A DNA stretch of 64,000 nucleotides from a virus. Taxonomy: Duplodnaviria; Heunggongvirae; Uroviricota; Caudoviricetes. The DNA lies in the IMG/VR virus record IMGVR_UViG_3300031998_000026, positions 51,528-115,527 of that record; one strand, 5' to 3'. A program made the translations under genes and the position numbers. Shown here piece by piece: positions 39,451 through 47,950 of the stretch; position 1 is the first letter of the stretch; the number at the start of each line of letters is the position of its first letter. The notes beneath the pieces are model-generated. The model was not told the DNA's origin. It was given only the letters and a program-made list of their open reading frames with translations, and made no database searches.

Positions 39451-40472
39451 TGGGCAAAATAACCAGAAAGATACGCATCCCGACGGGATACCTGTTCACC
39501 GGGGAGTACTCCCACGGCGAGCTCGAGACTCTGTCCATAGGCGACTACGGCAAGCGGCACAACATAAAGGCCGACTTCCTCGGGTTCCACGACGACGTGG
39601 AGAAGGTAAGCAACGGCAGGACGGAGCCGCTGTCAGAGAAGTGGGTGGTCACGCTCTCGACCCAGTACGGCTGTCCGATGCGATGCGCGTTCTGCGACTG
39701 CCCCAAGGTGCCGTTCGGTGGCAACGCGACCATCGGAGACCTCAAGGCCCAGCTGTACAACGCGCTGGCGTGCTTCCCGGACGAGCATTACGCCGGCAGA
39801 CTCAACGTCCACTTCGCGCGCATGGGAGAGCCGTCGCTCAACGACTCGAACGTCATCGGCTTCTCCCAGTGGATGGCGACGCACAAGCGTGACATCAAGC
39901 ACGACACCGGGGTCTCGGTTGACGTGCTGCATCCCGTGTTCACAACGATGTGCCCGAAGAGCCTCGGACGGCAGGGGCTCAAGTCCGTGCTCGGGCAATG
40001 GTGCACCGTCAAGAACGAGACGTACGCAGGGTGCGCCGGCCTACAGCTATCGGTGAACTCCACGAGCGACGCCCAGAGGGACGAGATGTTCGGCGGGATG
40101 GCGATGTCTCTCGAGGAGATAGCGGACGTATGCTCGTTCCTGCCCGAGCCGCTCGGCAGGAAGTACTGCCTGAACTTCGCGCTCGCGGACGGGTACGAGG
40201 TCGACGTCGACCGTCTCAGGGAGCTGTTCGCCCCGACCGACTTCATGGTCAAGATCACGCCCATCCACAACAACGACGCCTGCAGGGAGTCAGGCATCGA
40301 GACGAGCCACGGCTACACGGACTCGACGTGGTACCGCAAGGCGGAGGAGGACCTCAAGTCTGTCGGCTTCGACGTGCTCGTGTTCGTCCCGTCCATGGAC
40401 GAGGAGGACGGGCTGGTGACGTGCGGCAACCTCGTGCTCTCCGGGTCTGAGGTCAGGAACGAAGTGCTTTAG
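39450..40472 (+). CDS. Radical-SAM enzyme, RlmN/Cfr-like RNA methyltransferase candidate
   Basis: CPMRCAFCDC (CxxxCxxC) and a downstream MGEP motif (ARMGEPSLN) as in RlmN; 340 aa. Confidence 0.5.
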   Translation: MGKITRKIRIPTGYLFTGEYSHGELETLSIGDYGKRHNIKADFLGFHDDVEKVSNGRTEPLSEKWVVTLSTQYGCPMRCAFCDCPKVPFGGNATIGDLKAQLYNALACFPDEHYAGRLNVHFARMGEPSLNDSNVIGFSQWMATHKRDIKHDTGVSVDVLHPVFTTMCPKSLGRQGLKSVLGQWCTVKNETYAGCAGLQLSVNSTSDAQRDEMFGGMAMSLEEIADVCSFLPEPLGRKYCLNFALADGYEVDVDRLRELFAPTDFMVKITPIHNNDACRESGIETSHGYTDSTWYRKAEEDLKSVGFDVLVFVPSMDEEDGLVTCGNLVLSGSEVRNEVL

Positions 40473-40520
40473 CTAGCGACATTTCGGCGGCCCTTCGGGG
40501 CCGCCTTGTTAGGGGGAAAC

Positions 40521-40796
40521 ATGGGAAACAAGCTCAGGGACGTGCTCTTCCCGACTCGCGAGCAAGCCATGGCGACACGCAAGAGGCTGCTTGGCCTTTT
40601 CGGCTTGCCGGACAGGCACGTCAGGTACCTGTGCGCCGCCGAGTTCCAAGGAATGCAAATCATACACGAGGGGTACGCAGAACAGCACACTCCATGCAGC
40701 TTCTCCGAGGGTCCCGGCGACTGGTACTGCTTCCGATTCGGAAATGGTGGAAGGACATACAGGATCACAGTCGAGGAGGTCGAGGAGGTCGACTAG
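40521..40796 (+). CDS. Hypothetical protein
   Basis: 91 aa. Confidence 0.4.
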   Translation: MGNKLRDVLFPTREQAMATRKRLLGLFGLPDRHVRYLCAAEFQGMQIIHEGYAEQHTPCSFSEGPGDWYCFRFGNGGRTYRITVEEVEEVD

Positions 40797-40797
40797 C

Positions 40798-41103
40798 ATG
40801 CACATATGCGCCGAATGCCTCGACTTCATGGAGTGTGGCGACTGGGACATCTGCTGCAGGCAGCAGGTCAGGCGCCTCACCTACGAGTACTGCGAGGCGT
40901 GCGACACGTTTCGCGAGGGACGCGAGATAAGGCCGGTCATAGTCACTGGGGAGGCGGTTGCCTTCAGGCCGAACGGCGAGGTCACGTTCGACGAGTGCGT
41001 CGCCAAGGCCGAGGAGCTCATCGCCGATGGCTACGAGGACGTGAAGATATGGGACGACCGCAAGGAGCAGCTGTACCCGCTGCTGTGGAGGGAAGGACAA
41101 TGA
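40798..41103 (+). CDS. Hypothetical Cys-rich protein
   Basis: MHICAECLDFMECGDWDICC. Confidence 0.4.
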   Translation: MHICAECLDFMECGDWDICCRQQVRRLTYEYCEACDTFREGREIRPVIVTGEAVAFRPNGEVTFDECVAKAEELIADGYEDVKIWDDRKEQLYPLLWREGQ

Positions 41104-41462
41104 GCATCGTGGAAGGAGAGGCGCCTGTCACGGTCGAGGTCTCCAATACCTGTATGCCGACATATTCCCATGTGCTGTTCGACACCGTCACGAGCACTAC
41201 GTACAGGCCCGTGCAACGACATAAGAGCCTCATACGCTGCGAGTACTGCGACATGTCCTACGACGGCGACGAGCACGAGAACTGCCCTCACTGCATGGCC
41301 CCGAGGCCGAGGGCAAGGCCGAGACCAGCCGTAGAGACGCAAGACAGCGCCGTCTTCTACAGGGATAACGTGGCGTACTTCACTTTCAGGGATGGGATAC
41401 TCACGAACAACGAGGCGAGGCAGATGGTTCCGGAACCGTATGGGACCGTCGACAGGAGGTGA
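41100..41462 (+). CDS. Hypothetical protein with Zn ribbon
   Basis: CEYCD...CPHC. Confidence 0.4.
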   Translation: MSIVEGEAPVTVEVSNTCMPTYSHVLFDTVTSTTYRPVQRHKSLIRCEYCDMSYDGDEHENCPHCMAPRPRARPRPAVETQDSAVFYRDNVAYFTFRDGILTNNEARQMVPEPYGTVDRR

Positions 41463-41704
41463 TTGCCATGGCTGAGAAGCTATACGTCCCCGTGTTCCAA
41501 TTTTTCATGAACGACGAGCTGGGCTTTGCGTACGGCACGACCGGAAGGGCGTACCTCACGTACGACGAGGCGAGGCGGTCCCTCCTTGACGGGGGCTGGG
41601 AGCTCCGCCGCTTCGAGGACGTCGTGTACGACGAGGTGCGGGAGTTCTTCTGGAGGGGCGACGAATCGGCAAAGATAGAGGAGGTGGTGGTCGTAGATGG
41701 CTGA
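41459..41704 (+). CDS. Hypothetical protein
   Basis: 81 aa. Confidence 0.4.
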   Translation: MIAMAEKLYVPVFQFFMNDELGFAYGTTGRAYLTYDEARRSLLDGGWELRRFEDVVYDEVREFFWRGDESAKIEEVVVVDG

Positions 41705-42080
41705 GGGAAAGGCCTACGTGGCATACGAGGTCGTCTACAAGGCATGGGACGATCCCGGCATACCGATTATACATACGTTCGTGTTCTCGACGTTCGACAA
41801 GGCCAAGGCCTTCGTAGAGTCGAGAACCATAGACGTCTGCAAGGTAAAGACGATCGACCCGCGCTATCGCGACGGAGAATGGGAGCGTTGGGAGGAGTGC
41901 GAGGACTTCTACGAAATGGAGGACGAGTGCGAGACCGCCCACTTCAAGCTGTCCCACGAGGAGGAGTCGATGTACTCGAGCCACTACTTCACCTACCCCG
42001 TCGTCGATAAGGACGGTGATGCGGTCGAGAGAGGCGTCACGCACTGGTACGTCGATGTGTGCGAGGTGGATGCCGAATGA
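41697..42080 (+). CDS. Hypothetical protein
   Basis: 127 aa. Confidence 0.4.
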   Translation: MAEGKAYVAYEVVYKAWDDPGIPIIHTFVFSTFDKAKAFVESRTIDVCKVKTIDPRYRDGEWERWEECEDFYEMEDECETAHFKLSHEEESMYSSHYFTYPVVDKDGDAVERGVTHWYVDVCEVDAE

Positions 42081-42646
42081 TCTGGTTCACGGCGGACACA
42101 CACCTCGGGCACGGGAACATAATCATGCAGGCTGGCAGGCCGTTCGAGAGCGTTGGGCAGATGGACGACCATATAATCGGCGTCATAAACGACATGGTCA
42201 CCCCCGGAGACGAGCTGTACGTCCTCGGTGACTTCGCGTTTCGAGTCCCAAGGGAGGACGTGCGGCGCTACAGGTGGCTCATCAGGTGCAACAACGTCTA
42301 TCTGGTTCGGGGCAACCACGACGTCCTGTGGCACGGCGACTCCCCCTTCCAGGCGGAGCACGGGTACTTCGACTGCCTGCACTCTCCGAGGCCGATGAGG
42401 CACCGCATAGTCATGTGCCATTACCCGATACTGAGCTGGCGGTCCATGGATCACGGGTCCATACACCTGCACGGCCACATACACGCAAAGGCCGACTACA
42501 ACCTCAGAAACAGGGAGGATGGCGTGTTCAGGTACGACGTGGGGGTCGAGGCCAACGGATACATGCCCGTCAGCCTAGACCAGATAACCGAGTTCTTCGA
42601 CGGCGTGGAGCCACGGAGGGCTCACCACAAGGAGGAGGGTCTGTGA
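42077..42646 (+). CDS. Calcineurin-like metallophosphoesterase
   Basis: FTADTHLGH, GDFAFR, GNHD, HGHIH metal-binding motifs. Confidence 0.7.
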   Translation: MIWFTADTHLGHGNIIMQAGRPFESVGQMDDHIIGVINDMVTPGDELYVLGDFAFRVPREDVRRYRWLIRCNNVYLVRGNHDVLWHGDSPFQAEHGYFDCLHSPRPMRHRIVMCHYPILSWRSMDHGSIHLHGHIHAKADYNLRNREDGVFRYDVGVEANGYMPVSLDQITEFFDGVEPRRAHHKEEGL

Positions 42647-42649
42647 AGG

Positions 42650-42952
42650 TTGGAAGGGTCGATGGAGAAGAACGATGAGGTCATTTCGATGAGCATCGAG
42701 CGCGACGGACATGTGTACGTCAGCCTTGAGTTTATCGGCAGAATCCTTAGGAACGCGATATGCGTGTGCCACGCCGTCAGGAGTGTCAAGGTCCTTTCCG
42801 CGCATGACCTGTGGGACATCTATTCAAAGATATGCGAAACGGTCGGTGTGGAGAACGACGTGTCGGAACCGCCGAACGTCAGGCTCATGGGCTCAGGATG
42901 GCCTGACGCGTTTGGGTGGTACGGCTTCTGCAAGTGGTGGGAGGAAGTATGA
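42650..42952 (+). CDS. Hypothetical protein
   Basis: 100 aa. Confidence 0.35.
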   Translation: MEGSMEKNDEVISMSIERDGHVYVSLEFIGRILRNAICVCHAVRSVKVLSAHDLWDIYSKICETVGVENDVSEPPNVRLMGSGWPDAFGWYGFCKWWEEV

Positions 42953-43326
42953 GACACTCAACGCCCGAGGAGAACGATTTCTACGAGGCATGGCTCACGA
43001 GCGAGTCCGTGCCGCTGTTCACGGAGGAGGAGCTGATGAAGGACGCACCGACGAAGAGGGAGAGGCGCGTCACCCGGAAGTGCGACTGCGGGTGCTGTAT
43101 GCTGGTGTTCGAGAAGACCGTCTGGGACGACGGCATGACTTGGTACGACGTGTCGGTGCAGGACAACCGCTACGACCATGACGCCAACGGTATCCTGAAC
43201 CGCATCAGGAACGCGCTCAAGGTGCTGTTCGGCAAGACTGTGTCTTGGAACGACGTGTTCTTTGAGAACCCCGAGGACTTCGACGAGCTTCTGTGGGAGC
43301 TGGACGAGCTGCGTGAGTGGTCTTAG
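42949..43326 (+). CDS. Hypothetical protein
   Basis: 125 aa. Confidence 0.4.
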   Translation: MRHSTPEENDFYEAWLTSESVPLFTEEELMKDAPTKRERRVTRKCDCGCCMLVFEKTVWDDGMTWYDVSVQDNRYDHDANGILNRIRNALKVLFGKTVSWNDVFFENPEDFDELLWELDELREWS

Positions 43327-43432
43327 CTAGCGACATGAGGGCGGCAGGGGAATTATGGCAAGGCCGTAGCCATAACTACACGTTATGGTACACTTGTGCG
43401 TACGGTAGAACACACGTACGTCAGGAGGCAGG

Positions 43433-43936
43433 ATGCCAGACAAGGTAGCAATCGCTTCGCCGTGGATGACGTTCGCACGGGAGGTGCATGCGCTGTTCAG
43501 GTACGACCCCGAGGTGGAGGTCGACTTCGACAACGACGCGCCCGAGCTGACGCTCTATGTGGCGAACGCGAGCAAGGCGGACGCGCTCGGCAAGCTCGTG
43601 CCCACCGAGAGGCAGTTCGGCAACGTCACGCTCAGGATAACGGTCGTCCCCGCCAACGAGAACGAGTCCGAGGTGGAGCTGTTCCGTCGCGCCTTCGCGG
43701 GCAACGACGCCGTCGTGGACATACAGACGGTGCAGGACATGTTCGGCTCGGAGGTCTCCTACGTGGAGTTCGCGCCTAAGGTCGTGTCGTTTCCCAACGA
43801 CAACGTCGGAGACTTCAACGGGTACAGCCACACGCTGTACGAGACCATCGCAAAGGAGCTCTTCGCGCCCAGTGCGGGCACTCGCCTCTGCACTGCGCTG
43901 CTTGTGGAGGACGCTCCTCTCGGCGAGTGGCCTTAG
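43433..43936 (+). CDS. Hypothetical protein
   Basis: 167 aa. Confidence 0.45.
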   Translation: MPDKVAIASPWMTFAREVHALFRYDPEVEVDFDNDAPELTLYVANASKADALGKLVPTERQFGNVTLRITVVPANENESEVELFRRAFAGNDAVVDIQTVQDMFGSEVSYVEFAPKVVSFPNDNVGDFNGYSHTLYETIAKELFAPSAGTRLCTALLVEDAPLGEWP

Positions 43937-43946
43937 GAAGTAGCAC

Positions 43947-44019
43947 GGGGATGTAGCTCAGTTGGAAGAGCGCCGGACTGTCTCTCCGGAGGTCGTGGGA
44001 TCGAGGCCCATCATCCTCG
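43947..44019 (+). tRNA. tRNA-Asp (GTC); CCA encoded at 44020-44022
   Basis: Hand-folded: acceptor GGGGATG/CATCCTC, D arm GCTC/GAGC, anticodon stem CCGGA/TCCGG with loop CTGTCTC, T arm GTGGG/CCCAT. Confidence 0.6.
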
Positions 44020-44023
44020 CCAT

Positions 44024-44097
44024 TGGGGCGTAGCTCAGTCGGTATGAGCAGGGGCCTGTTAAGCCTCGTGTCGCTGGTTCGATCCCAGCCGTCCCAG
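44024..44097 (+). tRNA. tRNA-Asn (GTT); CCA encoded
   Basis: Acceptor TGGGGCG/CGTCCCA, anticodon loop CTGTTAA, T arm GCTGG-TTCGATC-CCAGC. Confidence 0.65.
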
Positions 44098-44101
44098 CCA
44101 T

Positions 44102-44173
44102 CGCGGAGTACAGTAGCGGTCACTGGCCGGATTCATGCTCCGGTGCACGTGGGTTCGAATCCCACCTCCGCCA
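44102..44173 (+). tRNA. tRNA-Met (CAT), elongator-type; CCA encoded
   Basis: Anticodon stem CCGGA/TCCGG with loop TTCATGC; T arm GTGGG-TTCGAAT-CCCAC; no GGG/CCC initiator stem signature. Confidence 0.6.
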
Positions 44174-44264
44174 CCAGACACATCCCGCCCCCTGAGGCGG
44201 TGGCCGTTGCGCGGGCCGGAAATCAGCGCCCTCTTGCGGAGTCAGGGGAACCCGCATGCACAAT

Positions 44265-44337
44265 GGGTCGTTAGCTCAGCTGGGAGAGCAGTTGGCTCTT
44301 AACCATCAGGTCCTGGGTTCGAGTCCCAGACGACCCA
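44265..44337 (+). tRNA. tRNA-Lys (CTT); CCA encoded
   Basis: Acceptor GGGTCGT/ACGACCC, anticodon loop CTCTTAA, T arm CTGGG-TTCGAGT-CCCAG. Confidence 0.65.
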
Positions 44338-44341
44338 CCAT

Positions 44342-44413
44342 ACTCCGTTAGCTCATCGGGTAGAGCAGTGGGCTTTTAACCCTCAGAGCAGAGTTCGAGC
44401 CTCTGGCGGAGTA
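44342..44413 (+). tRNA. tRNA-Lys (TTT); CCA encoded
   Basis: Acceptor ACTCCGT/GCGGAGT, anticodon loop CTTTTAA, T arm CAGAG-TTCGAGC-CTCTG. Confidence 0.65.
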
Positions 44414-44424
44414 CCAGGCAATAC

Positions 44425-44498
44425 GGAGTCCGTAGCACAACGGTTTAGTGCGCTGGGTTGTGGCCCCGGATACGAAGGTTCGACTCCTTTCGGACTCC
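44425..44498 (+). tRNA. tRNA-His (GTG) with G-1
   Basis: G-1 opposite C73, acceptor GAGTCCG/CGGACTC, anticodon loop TTGTGGC, T arm GAAGG-TTCGACT-CCTTT. Confidence 0.6.
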
Positions 44499-44505
44499 CA
44501 TCCAT

Positions 44506-44579
44506 TTCCCCGTAGTTCAATCCGGCAGAACGCCTGACTCTGGTTCAGGAGGTACCTTGTTCGACTCAAGGCGGGGAAG
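44506..44579 (+). tRNA. tRNA-Gln (CTG); CCA encoded
   Basis: Acceptor TTCCCCG/CGGGGAA, anticodon stem CCTGA/TCAGG with loop CTCTGGT, T arm CCTTG-TTCGACT-CAAGG. Confidence 0.65.
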
Positions 44580-44768
44580 CCAGAGAAATACCGCGCGATC
44601 GCACTAGTACCTGTCCGGAGGGGAAACTGCGACTGGGGCCAGCCACACTCTGAGCTCGCGCGTCCATACAGGAGGTCGTAGTAAAGGTGAATACGACGCG
44701 TTGCAACAGGGGGGACGCTTCCGCAACACGTAGATGCAAGGTTCGAGTCCTTGCCCTCCCAACCCAAC

Positions 44769-44840
44769 AGGCTCTTGGTGTCAAAGGAAGCACGCTGGTC
44801 TCCAAAACCAGAGGAGGGGGATCGATACCTCCAGGGCCTG
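44769..44840 (+). tRNA. tRNA-Trp (CCA); CCA encoded
   Basis: Acceptor AGGCTCT/AGGGCCT, anticodon stem CTGGT/ACCAG with loop CTCCAAA, T arm GGGGG-ATCGATA-CCTCC. Confidence 0.55.
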
Positions 44841-44908
44841 CCATAGAAGTCACTTGAGGGGCGTGGCCTTCGCGGCTGCGTCCCTCTTCCGTACGAAGGA
44901 AGGAGTCA

Positions 44909-45198
44909 TGGGCAAGAGGCGCCCGCAGAGGTCGAAGCGCGACAGGGACAGGCACAGGTACGCGAGGAAGGCGAGGAAGCATGCCATGATGGCGAACGAG
45001 GCGAGGAGTGCGGCGATCCTCGAGGAGTACGGGCCGCAGGGTACGGCCTGCGCGAGGAAGGTACGGTACCAGTCTTGGTACGAGGCAGAGCGATATGCGG
45101 CACACTACGAGCTGCTGAGGGACGTGAGGCTGAGGTCATACAGGTGCCCGCGATGCGGCGGATGGCACCTTACGCACGAGAGGGGCGGGAAGGGTTGA
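44909..45198 (+). CDS. Small basic Zn-ribbon protein
   Basis: Basic N-terminus; CPRCGGWH. Confidence 0.4.
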
Positions 45199-45761
45199 GG
45201 ACATCCGAGATACTCAAGCAGTCGAGGGCGTCGGTGCTCCGCATGAGGGAGATGGACGAGGACCTGGAGGTCATGCGGAGCCGTGTCGGTGGGCAGGGCA
45301 CGGGTTTCGGAACCAGCATCGACCACAACGTCATACTCGACGTCTTCCGCAACCTCGACGAGTACATAACGGCGTCGTCGGCCGACACCCCGGAGGGTCG
45401 CGAGCGCATACGGGAGTACGAGGAGTGCAGGCGTGACGTGCTTGCAGCAGAGACGCTCATAGCGGGCGCGGAGCAGCTCATAGAGCGGCACTCCGTCGAA
45501 CAGGGCATGGACCGCGCCACGGCCCACAAGAACGCCAACGACATGTGCTACGTGGTTCGGGCGTACTACGTCGAGGCGTGCAGCATGTCGGAGCTGTGCA
45601 GGCGCACGGGCTACGACGGAAGGGTGAACAGGGCGATGCTCGACCTCAGCCTCAGGTGGTTCGACTCCAACGGCATCGCCCACCTGAAGGCGGAGATCGA
45701 GCACGACTACAGGACGAGGGAGCAGCTCCGAATGGAGTATTGCAGGGGGGATGCCGAATGA
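45195..45761 (+). CDS. Hypothetical protein with C-terminal HTH; possible transcriptional activator
   Basis: TTG start overlapping the upstream stop; CSMSELCRRTGYDGRVNRAMLD. Confidence 0.35.
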   Translation: MRTSEILKQSRASVLRMREMDEDLEVMRSRVGGQGTGFGTSIDHNVILDVFRNLDEYITASSADTPEGRERIREYEECRRDVLAAETLIAGAEQLIERHSVEQGMDRATAHKNANDMCYVVRAYYVEACSMSELCRRTGYDGRVNRAMLDLSLRWFDSNGIAHLKAEIEHDYRTREQLRMEYCRGDAE

Positions 45762-46021
45762 CGCCGGAAGAGCTCGACCGATGGGCCAACCTCATAGACG
45801 GTATGATAAGGGGCGAGTACGCCGAGCTGCTTTGTCGTGACCAAATGGCGGCACGGAACGCCCAACACGATTGCATGGGCATCCTCGACGAGATCGACCT
45901 GCCGTACGACGCAGGCAGAAGCGCCAACGACATGTGGGTGAGGGTATGCGGCACGATACGGTTCCTGCCGGACACGAACCCGAACGTGCATTATATGGGG
46001 TGGAAGCAGATTTGGAGATGA
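45758..46021 (+). CDS. Hypothetical protein
   Basis: 87 aa. Confidence 0.4.
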   Translation: MTPEELDRWANLIDGMIRGEYAELLCRDQMAARNAQHDCMGILDEIDLPYDAGRSANDMWVRVCGTIRFLPDTNPNVHYMGWKQIWR

Positions 46022-46335
46022 CGTATCCCACTGAAATGGAAAAGTTCGAGGCCCTCGTCGACATGGTGTGCAGCGTCGCAGGCTGCGAAAGGTGGAAGGC
46101 CGAGTTGGCCGTCGCCACGTACGTCGCACGCGAGATGCGGCTTCGGTGCATGGAGCTGTCCGGCAGGGAAGTGCCGCCAAGCCTGCGAGGCAACGATTTC
46201 AATAAGATTCTGTACGATGAAGTACCCTTTACTAGCGACGTTTTGATCGAGGAGGTCGAGGAGGAATGGAAGAGGGCAAATTCACGGTGGTGGACGGTGG
46301 CAAGGGTGATCGAGGGCCGGCGATCCAAGGCATGA
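46018..46335 (+). CDS. Hypothetical protein
   Basis: 105 aa. Confidence 0.4.
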   Translation: MTYPTEMEKFEALVDMVCSVAGCERWKAELAVATYVAREMRLRCMELSGREVPPSLRGNDFNKILYDEVPFTSDVLIEEVEEEWKRANSRWWTVARVIEGRRSKA

Positions 46336-46727
46336 GGATGGTGGAGGACCCGCATCCGACGCAGTTCATAGGCACGCCGTCGGAAGTCGAGACGGTGCTG
46401 CGTCGCTTCTTCGGGTACCAGCGCAGCTACCTCATAGCACAGACCTCGGAGGCCGGCGATGACGGCATCTTCCTGCGCGACGAGGACGGCGGACTGATAC
46501 CCACCGACGAGCAGGAGGGCGTGCTGGACACGTTCGAGCGCACCGTGTGGCGGGTTGACATAACCCCTCTGGACAAGGTAGCAAAGACCCGGTGCAGGCA
46601 CGCGTTCGAGGCCGACGCCGAGCGCATGCGCACCGAGCGGGAGCTGTACGAGCTGCTCGCGAAGGGGTCGTTTGCGGGGGTCGTGGACGAAACATCAGGC
46701 GAAGGCATGACAACAGACGAGACATAA
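46266..46727 (+). CDS. Hypothetical protein
   Basis: 153 aa. Confidence 0.4.
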   Translation: MEEGKFTVVDGGKGDRGPAIQGMRMVEDPHPTQFIGTPSEVETVLRRFFGYQRSYLIAQTSEAGDDGIFLRDEDGGLIPTDEQEGVLDTFERTVWRVDITPLDKVAKTRCRHAFEADAERMRTERELYELLAKGSFAGVVDETSGEGMTTDET

Positions 46728-46771
46728 GATATGATTATGGGAATGCAGGCTGCGAGGGCAAGGGGTGTCCA

Positions 46772-47035
46772 TTGCTGTTCGAGTGCACCGAGGGCTTCGA
46801 GACGCGCGAGTTCGGTTTCCCGCAACAGGTTGACAGGGGCACGTGCTGGTACAGGGTGAGGGACGTGATAGTCCCCGGCGGATACGAGTGCTGCCACATG
46901 CTCGAGGTCGTGGACGGGCAGTACACGGCAAACTACGTCAGGATCAGGCTGGAGCGACTGTCCGAGAACTTCAGGCAGATGCCCATGAGCGGCTCGGCGC
47001 TGCCAGTGCCGGACTCCCAGTCCCATGCATATTAG
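46772..47035 (+). CDS. Hypothetical Cys-rich protein (start uncertain)
   Basis: Protein-like frame CTEGFETREFGFPQQVDRGTCWYRV...CCHMLEVVDGQYTANYVRI; the only in-frame start candidate is a TTG. Confidence 0.3.
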   Translation: MLFECTEGFETREFGFPQQVDRGTCWYRVRDVIVPGGYECCHMLEVVDGQYTANYVRIRLERLSENFRQMPMSGSALPVPDSQSHAY

Positions 47036-47050
47036 GAAGGGCGGCATTTT

Positions 47051-47257
47051 ATGTCGAACAACGGCGGCGCATCGGGCGGGATAGGGTTCTTGGGCTTGCT
47101 CTGCATCCTGTTCGTCGGCCTCAAGCTCGCGAATATCATAGACTGGGAGTGGTGGGCGGTCCTCATGCCGCTCTGGGCGCCTGTCGCGCTCGTCCTGCTC
47201 CTGCTGCTCGTTCTGATGGCGTACAACTCGTGGGACGACTGGAGGTGGCGGCATTGA
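47051..47257 (+). CDS. Small membrane protein (two TM helices), holin-like topology
   Basis: GFLGLLCILFVGLKLANII...WWAVLMPLWAPVALVLLLLLVLMAY. Confidence 0.35.
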   Translation: MSNNGGASGGIGFLGLLCILFVGLKLANIIDWEWWAVLMPLWAPVALVLLLLLVLMAYNSWDDWRWRH

Positions 47258-47490
47258 CGGAGAAGGAGCAAGTCGAAAGGTTCCGAAAACAGACCGAGAA
47301 CGGCCTCGTGGCGTGCGCGAAGTGGCTCGAGGACAACGCATGGCTCCTCTCGCACGAGATTGCGGGCGGATGCAGGTCGTGGGCGGTGTCGTTCGAGGCC
47401 GGGGAGGACGGGATCTTCCCCGAGATCAAGATTTCGGTCAACAAGATAGACAAAGGCATCATCGAGGCATACGAAGGTGCCTCTAACTAG
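47254..47490 (+). CDS. Hypothetical protein
   Basis: 78 aa, TTG start. Confidence 0.35.
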   Translation: MTEKEQVERFRKQTENGLVACAKWLEDNAWLLSHEIAGGCRSWAVSFEAGEDGIFPEIKISVNKIDKGIIEAYEGASN

Positions 47491-47527
47491 CGACATAAGG
47501 CCCGAAAAGTCATATCAAACGCAGAAA

Positions 47528-47570
47528 ACGCCCCTCCGCACCCATTCTCGGGTCGCGGAGGGGCGTTTTT
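47528..47570 (+). terminator. Rho-independent terminator ending the plus-strand arm
   Basis: CGCCCCTCCGC-N15-GCGGAGGGGCG followed by TTTTTT. Confidence 0.75.
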
Positions 47571-47602
47571 TCGTATAATTCGAGTCGGGGGAGCGATTTG
47601 CA

Positions 47603-47827
47603 ATGTATCCGGAGACGCTTGCATACAAAAACGGCTCGATAAACGATGACATGTGGCGTCTCTTGGGCAAGGATGGCCGTATCAGCGTCCCAGAGCACGT
47701 GAGAGTGCTCATAAACTATGGTAGGCTGTGCATCATGGTGAAAAACAGCCAAGAGACGGTCATCATGCCCGTTCACAAGCGCGTTTCTTGGGCGTTCATC
47801 GCCGCAATCACGTCCATTAGGGCATAA
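47603..47827 (+). CDS. AbrB/MazE/SpoVT-type swapped-hairpin DNA-binding protein
   Basis: LGKDGRISVPEHVRVLINYG. Confidence 0.45.
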   Translation: MYPETLAYKNGSINDDMWRLLGKDGRISVPEHVRVLINYGRLCIMVKNSQETVIMPVHKRVSWAFIAAITSIRA

Positions 47828-47950
47828 TGACGCAGAAATGCGTGGAATTCGTGCCTAGACCACGAATTTGAGGAACACGTCGTCCAAAATCGGCCACTCG
47901 ACCATCTTCGGACGCTCCAAGGTGCCGATTTTTGCCCTGCCTTTCAAAAC

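Noticed and set aside
44102-44173. Possible initiator tRNA-fMet, because of a C1-C72 mismatch
   Set aside because: The anticodon stem lacks the three consecutive G-C pairs characteristic of initiators, so it was called elongator Met/CAT; tRNA-Ile(lysidine) cannot be excluded.
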